Below are positions 45,048 to 48,261 of a stretch of DNA of 48,261 bases, one piece after another. The DNA comes from a virus. Under the pieces are notes generated by a model, which ran no database searches, was not told the DNA's origin, and worked only from the letters and a program-made list of their open reading frames with translations. Position numbers and translations under genes: made by a program. The DNA lies in the IMG/VR virus record IMGVR_UViG_3300045988_064045, positions 1-48,261 of that record; one strand, given 5' to 3'. The number at the start of each line of letters is the position of its first letter. Position 1 is the first letter of the stretch.

Positions 45048-46685
45048 TTATTGGGCTTGCTGATTGTCAAGGCTTCCAGGGGCCTCTGAAAGGTCCCCAT
45101 CTTCTGGATTGTCCTCACCTTCACCAAGCGGGTTCTCATCTACTTTATTCACGTCAGAAGTATCAGGGTAGGGTACACCTGTCGAGAAGGAAGCTTCATT
45201 GATGATCTGCTGCTCCAAGGCGATCTGCTCGAGCTCCTCCTGGACCTCATCATCAGTAAAGTCACGCCACTTCTTCATGTAAGACTTTCGAGACATCACG
45301 TTACTCTCCACCTCAGTCAAGTCCATCTGCTTTGACTCGATCTCGTCCTCTGGAAGCGGGAGGACATTGTCTACTTCAATCTCGTAAGGGACATCCATCA
45401 ATATCGAGTCGACATATTCACGCGCTGTGTCAGGATACTCGAGTGCGCCTTGGATGATGATGTCAACCATCTCGGTCAAAGCCGGACCCCAAGCCTTCAT
45501 CTTCTCCTTGCAACGGACAATCAACGGCCAGTAGACCGCCTTCAATGCCTTGCCACTCGAGATCACACCAGTCATGGAATCAAGCGTCACATCAGGCATG
45601 TCAACTGTCTCGTAAGCAGAAGACTTGATCCTCTTCAAAGTCTCAGTCAATGCTGTCGAGTAAGAAAGACTGTGTTCGATAGAACCGACTGAAGCATGCG
45701 AGTTATCCAAGTTCTGGTCCGAGCCAAGGTCCCAGAAACTACCAGGAGCTCGAGACAAGTTCTTGGTACTGTTGCCATCCATGTCTATCGCGTAGTCGAC
45801 TGGATTCATTCCCTTCCGCTCAGCATCAATGTCAGCGTTGTTCAGACGGCTGAACCAAGACTCGTAACTCTCGAGGGACTCCATCTCGGATTCTCCGTCA
45901 AGGTCACCAGTAAGTCCATCGTTCAGGATCACTACTGCCGGGATACGACCGAGTGTGATCTCCATATGCTCGGTGATCAACTCGAGCTCTGTACCAATGC
46001 CATCATATAAAGCTTCATCCAGATAGACTTTGTCTTCACCATTGATAGTCTCAGTCGTGTACCGCTTCATGAAGATTCGGCGTTCATTGAGACGAGTACT
46101 GTCTTTCAAGATGATGAAAGCAACAAACTTGCTGAGCTCATTGGTGTTCATCTTGAACTCGTAGATGAACTGAGTAGACGGGATGAAGCATACTGTGATG
46201 CCGTCTTGCTCATTGAAGTTCACCAGACAACCGACTCGCTTACCGATGAAGCAGTCTCGAGCAGCCTTCACTACCTGCTGGTCGAACTTGTTTGTTTTTA
46301 AAACATTAGCTACAAGTCGATGTAGGTCATCAATTGCTTTGCTGTACTTCTCATCAGCTGGATAGTCATCCGACTTGAGCACGTCAATGTCAGGCGGCTC
46401 GGCAAACAAGAAGCGAGCTTCTTTGTCTATCAGAGAAGCTGCCATCTTGTAGTTCAACTTTGCTGGTAGGTAGTCAAGACCGGAACCCTCTGTCAAGAAG
46501 TCGGCTCCGTCTTTGTAGACTTTGTAGTAACCGACAATCTTTGCCAGCTCCATCTGCAAGTCGTGTGTGCCACTCTGGACTTCTCGGTTCAACAAGCTAG
46601 ATGGGATACGGTTGAAGACGGATATGATGTCCGCATCGGATTTGCTCTGCATCACCATCTTAGTTTCCTCAGACATGGGCATCAT
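45048..46685 (-). CDS. portal protein (SPP1 gp6-like)
   Basis: 545 aa with an acidic C-terminus, directly before the MuF gene. Confidence 0.55.
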   Translation of the reverse strand: MMPMSEETKMVMQSKSDADIISVFNRIPSSLLNREVQSGTHDLQMELAKIVGYYKVYKDGADFLTEGSGLDYLPAKLNYKMAASLIDKEARFLFAEPPDIDVLKSDDYPADEKYSKAIDDLHRLVANVLKTNKFDQQVVKAARDCFIGKRVGCLVNFNEQDGITVCFIPSTQFIYEFKMNTNELSKFVAFIILKDSTRLNERRIFMKRYTTETINGEDKVYLDEALYDGIGTELELITEHMEITLGRIPAVVILNDGLTGDLDGESEMESLESYESWFSRLNNADIDAERKGMNPVDYAIDMDGNSTKNLSRAPGSFWDLGSDQNLDNSHASVGSIEHSLSYSTALTETLKRIKSSAYETVDMPDVTLDSMTGVISSGKALKAVYWPLIVRCKEKMKAWGPALTEMVDIIIQGALEYPDTAREYVDSILMDVPYEIEVDNVLPLPEDEIESKQMDLTEVESNVMSRKSYMKKWRDFTDDEVQEELEQIALEQQIINEASFSTGVPYPDTSDVNKVDENPLGEGEDNPEDGDLSEAPGSLDNQQAQ

Positions 46686-46697
46686 ATCCGCCCCTTC

Positions 46698-47759
46698 CTA
46701 ATAGTAGATCTTCTTGCCAACTTGAATGACATTGGGATTGCTGATCCCGTTGGTGCGAGCCAGAGTCATGTAGTCATTCCCGTAGCCGAGCTTCTTCGCG
46801 ATGCCAGACAATGTGTCACCAGACTGGACAACGTAGTACCTTGCTTTCTTCTCCGAGTACTTCTCGTCGACTACTTTCTGGACTTCATTGTAACGAGATC
46901 CAAGCCGGCGTTTACGGGTATCGCCGTCACCGAACGTGCCCTTCATCACCTCGAGTGCAAGGGTCGACGCGTCAGACTCAAGAATGAAGTTCACTGCCGA
47001 CTGGATCTCATTGTAACGAGAGCCAAGTGCTGACTTGCGAGCATCACCTGAGCCATACTTACCGTAGATCACATCAGCTGCAATGTCATACACGTTGCCA
47101 CTTACTCCAGTAACAGGTTTGACTTCATTTGGAGTCACAGTACCAGAGATGAAGTCTTTTAGTGAACGACCGAGACAAGCATTACAGTCAACGCCACCGG
47201 AGATACCAGGGACACTGCCGTTAGAAGTGAACTGCCATAGATCACACTGCTTACCAGGAGTCCTGTGTGCATACCCGTCATTGGGCCCGTAAGTCGGAAT
47301 CCAGCGCCACTTCTCTCCGTAAGTGTCACCGCCGTACTCATTGAACAGATGGGCTGCAATGTATATGCCATTGTCAAGTCCAGTCTCGTTCAACTTAGAC
47401 ATTGCAGCTTTGATGCCGTCATGAGACTGACCCTCAACTTCTACATCAAGGATGTAGCCACGGCAGCTTGAACCACCAGCATATACCAGACGATTGATCA
47501 TACGCTCAGCTTCAGCAGTTCCACCATTACGGTAGAAGCCATACGCGTAGTACGGGATGCCGAGTCGCTGACATGCAGCTACATTACGAGAAAGCTTTGT
47601 ATCTGCGTGATCACCATCCTGGACTCGCAAGATAGCAAAGTGGATGTTGTGCTTCACAGTATCCCAGTCAATGTCACCTTGCCACTCAGACACGTCAATG
47701 ATGGTAGGTAGGATGCTACTCATCGGTACCAGAACCAATCTTGAACACCGAGTTACCAT
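46698..47759 (-). CDS. endolysin: GH25 muramidase + 2x CW_7 + LysM
   Basis: IDVSEWQGDIDW (GH25). Two repeats of (V/M)(I/K)YGKYG(S/D)GD(A/T)RK..LGSRYNE(I/V)Q..V(N/D) (CW_7-like). C-terminal YVVQSGDTLSGIAKKLGY...ISNPNVIQVGKKI (LysM). The start is either 47759 or the internal Met at 47723. Confidence 0.8.
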   Translation of the reverse strand: MVTRCSRLVLVPMSSILPTIIDVSEWQGDIDWDTVKHNIHFAILRVQDGDHADTKLSRNVAACQRLGIPYYAYGFYRNGGTAEAERMINRLVYAGGSSCRGYILDVEVEGQSHDGIKAAMSKLNETGLDNGIYIAAHLFNEYGGDTYGEKWRWIPTYGPNDGYAHRTPGKQCDLWQFTSNGSVPGISGGVDCNACLGRSLKDFISGTVTPNEVKPVTGVSGNVYDIAADVIYGKYGSGDARKSALGSRYNEIQSAVNFILESDASTLALEVMKGTFGDGDTRKRRLGSRYNEVQKVVDEKYSEKKARYYVVQSGDTLSGIAKKLGYGNDYMTLARTNGISNPNVIQVGKKIYY

Positions 47760-47958
47760 CCTCTACCTCAGGGATTCCGGCAATGCTAGTCAAGATCGAG
47801 ACGACGGCTGCTACACCAGAAACAGAGACGATCTGGACCCAGTCAAGATCCGTGAAGCCTACAGTGCCAGATCCGATCAGTGTCACAGAAGTCTGGGCAA
47901 ACGTCTTCACTGCTCGGATACCTGCTGCCTCTGCCCAGTCCTTGAATGTTGCTTTCAT
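47716..47958 (-). CDS. holin (two-TM class, about 80 aa)
   Basis: AAGGAG RBS. Two hydrophobic segments with a charged C-terminus. Its 3' end overlaps the endolysin start. Confidence 0.55.
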   Translation of the reverse strand: MKATFKDWAEAAGIRAVKTFAQTSVTLIGSGTVGFTDLDWVQIVSVSGVAAVVSILTSIAGIPEVEDGNSVFKIGSGTDE

Positions 47959-47961
47959 AAG

Positions 47962-48206
47962 TTACTCCTTACCTGTAGTAGTTACCTGCTCGGTAGCACC
48001 TTCAATCTCAATGCCAAGAAGTTTTGTAGGGAACGCGTCATCTACATGGATGAAGGTGTCCTTCTCCTTGCGAGTGAGTGTGCTAGCACCCAGTAGAGAC
48101 AAATTGTCAGCAACTTCCTTTGCACTGTTTGCTGCGTTTGTTGCACTCAAAGCTGCTGCGTCAGCTGAAGTCTTTGCTTTGACTTCACTAGCAGAAGCGT
48201 TAGTAG
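47962..48206 (-). CDS. 3' portion of the junction-spanning fibrous protein gene (see 1..724)
   Basis: Same frame as 724..1 once the 55-nt duplicate is removed. Stop TAA at 47962-47964. Confidence 0.5.
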
Positions 48207-48261
48207 CTGAGGTGTTCGCGTTCTCTGCGGACTCAGATGCACTAGTAGCGGAAGCAGCACT
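48207..48261. repeat. duplicate of nt 1..55
   Basis: Exact 55/55 identity. Confidence 0.9.

Noticed and set aside
1-48261. tRNA genes, CRISPR arrays, integrase, repressor and attachment sites
   Set aside because: I saw no cloverleaf-like GC-rich 70-90-nt islands outside the 12.8-kb hub, no repeat-spacer arrays, and no tyrosine or serine recombinase or CI-like ORF. Their absence fits a virulent phage, but a tRNA scan was not run.

Overview
This window is one complete genome unit of a tailed dsDNA phage, about 48.2 kb, assembled as a circle: nt 1-55 are identical to nt 48207-48261. Every credible gene is on the minus strand. The long plus-strand ORFs in the track are antisense artefacts. The ORF track writes TTG and GTG starts as M, and several of its N-termini are spurious extensions that read through regulatory elements.

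Minus-strand gene order, read from high to low coordinates:
- an Ala/Ser-rich fibrous protein that wraps the window junction;
- a two-TM holin overlapping a GH25 + 2xCW_7 + LysM endolysin;
- portal, then a MuF-family head-morphogenesis protein whose C-terminus is an ADP-ribosyltransferase, followed by a small Cys protein and an ADP-ribosylglycohydrolase;
- Zn-ribbon protein, scaffold, major capsid, head-tail connectors, major tail protein, and a tail chaperone whose T extension lies in the +1 frame;
- tape measure, distal tail protein, tail-associated lysin, a fibre with GGTGA repeats;
- a replication and nucleotide block: primase, a MazG-like protein, a P-loop dNMP kinase, two paralogous glycosyltransferase-like proteins, a ThyA-family enzyme with the dCMP-type Asp, a DnaE-type polymerase, a RecA-like protein, a Cas4-like nuclease and a RuvC-like resolvase;
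- a 630-bp non-coding region with iterons and a candidate ncRNA;
- an early block of small genes plus an Hjc-like nuclease, ThyX, dUTPase and RNase H;
- terS and terL, then a membrane-anchored C39-like peptidase.

There is no integrase or repressor, so the phage is probably virulent. GGAGG ribosome-binding sites and the endolysin architecture point to a Gram-positive (Firmicutes-like) host.

The main unusual findings are:
- a packaged-toxin and antidote ADP-ribosylation module;
- a T4-like hydroxymethyl-dC / DNA-glycosylation module in a siphovirus-type genome;
- the +1 chaperone frameshift configuration;
- about ten extended -10 promoters of one family (consensus TGTGATATAAT);
- recurring palindromic and stem-loop elements at operon boundaries;
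- lysis genes sitting between terL and the portal.

I have not run any searches; family assignments rest on motifs I can read directly.
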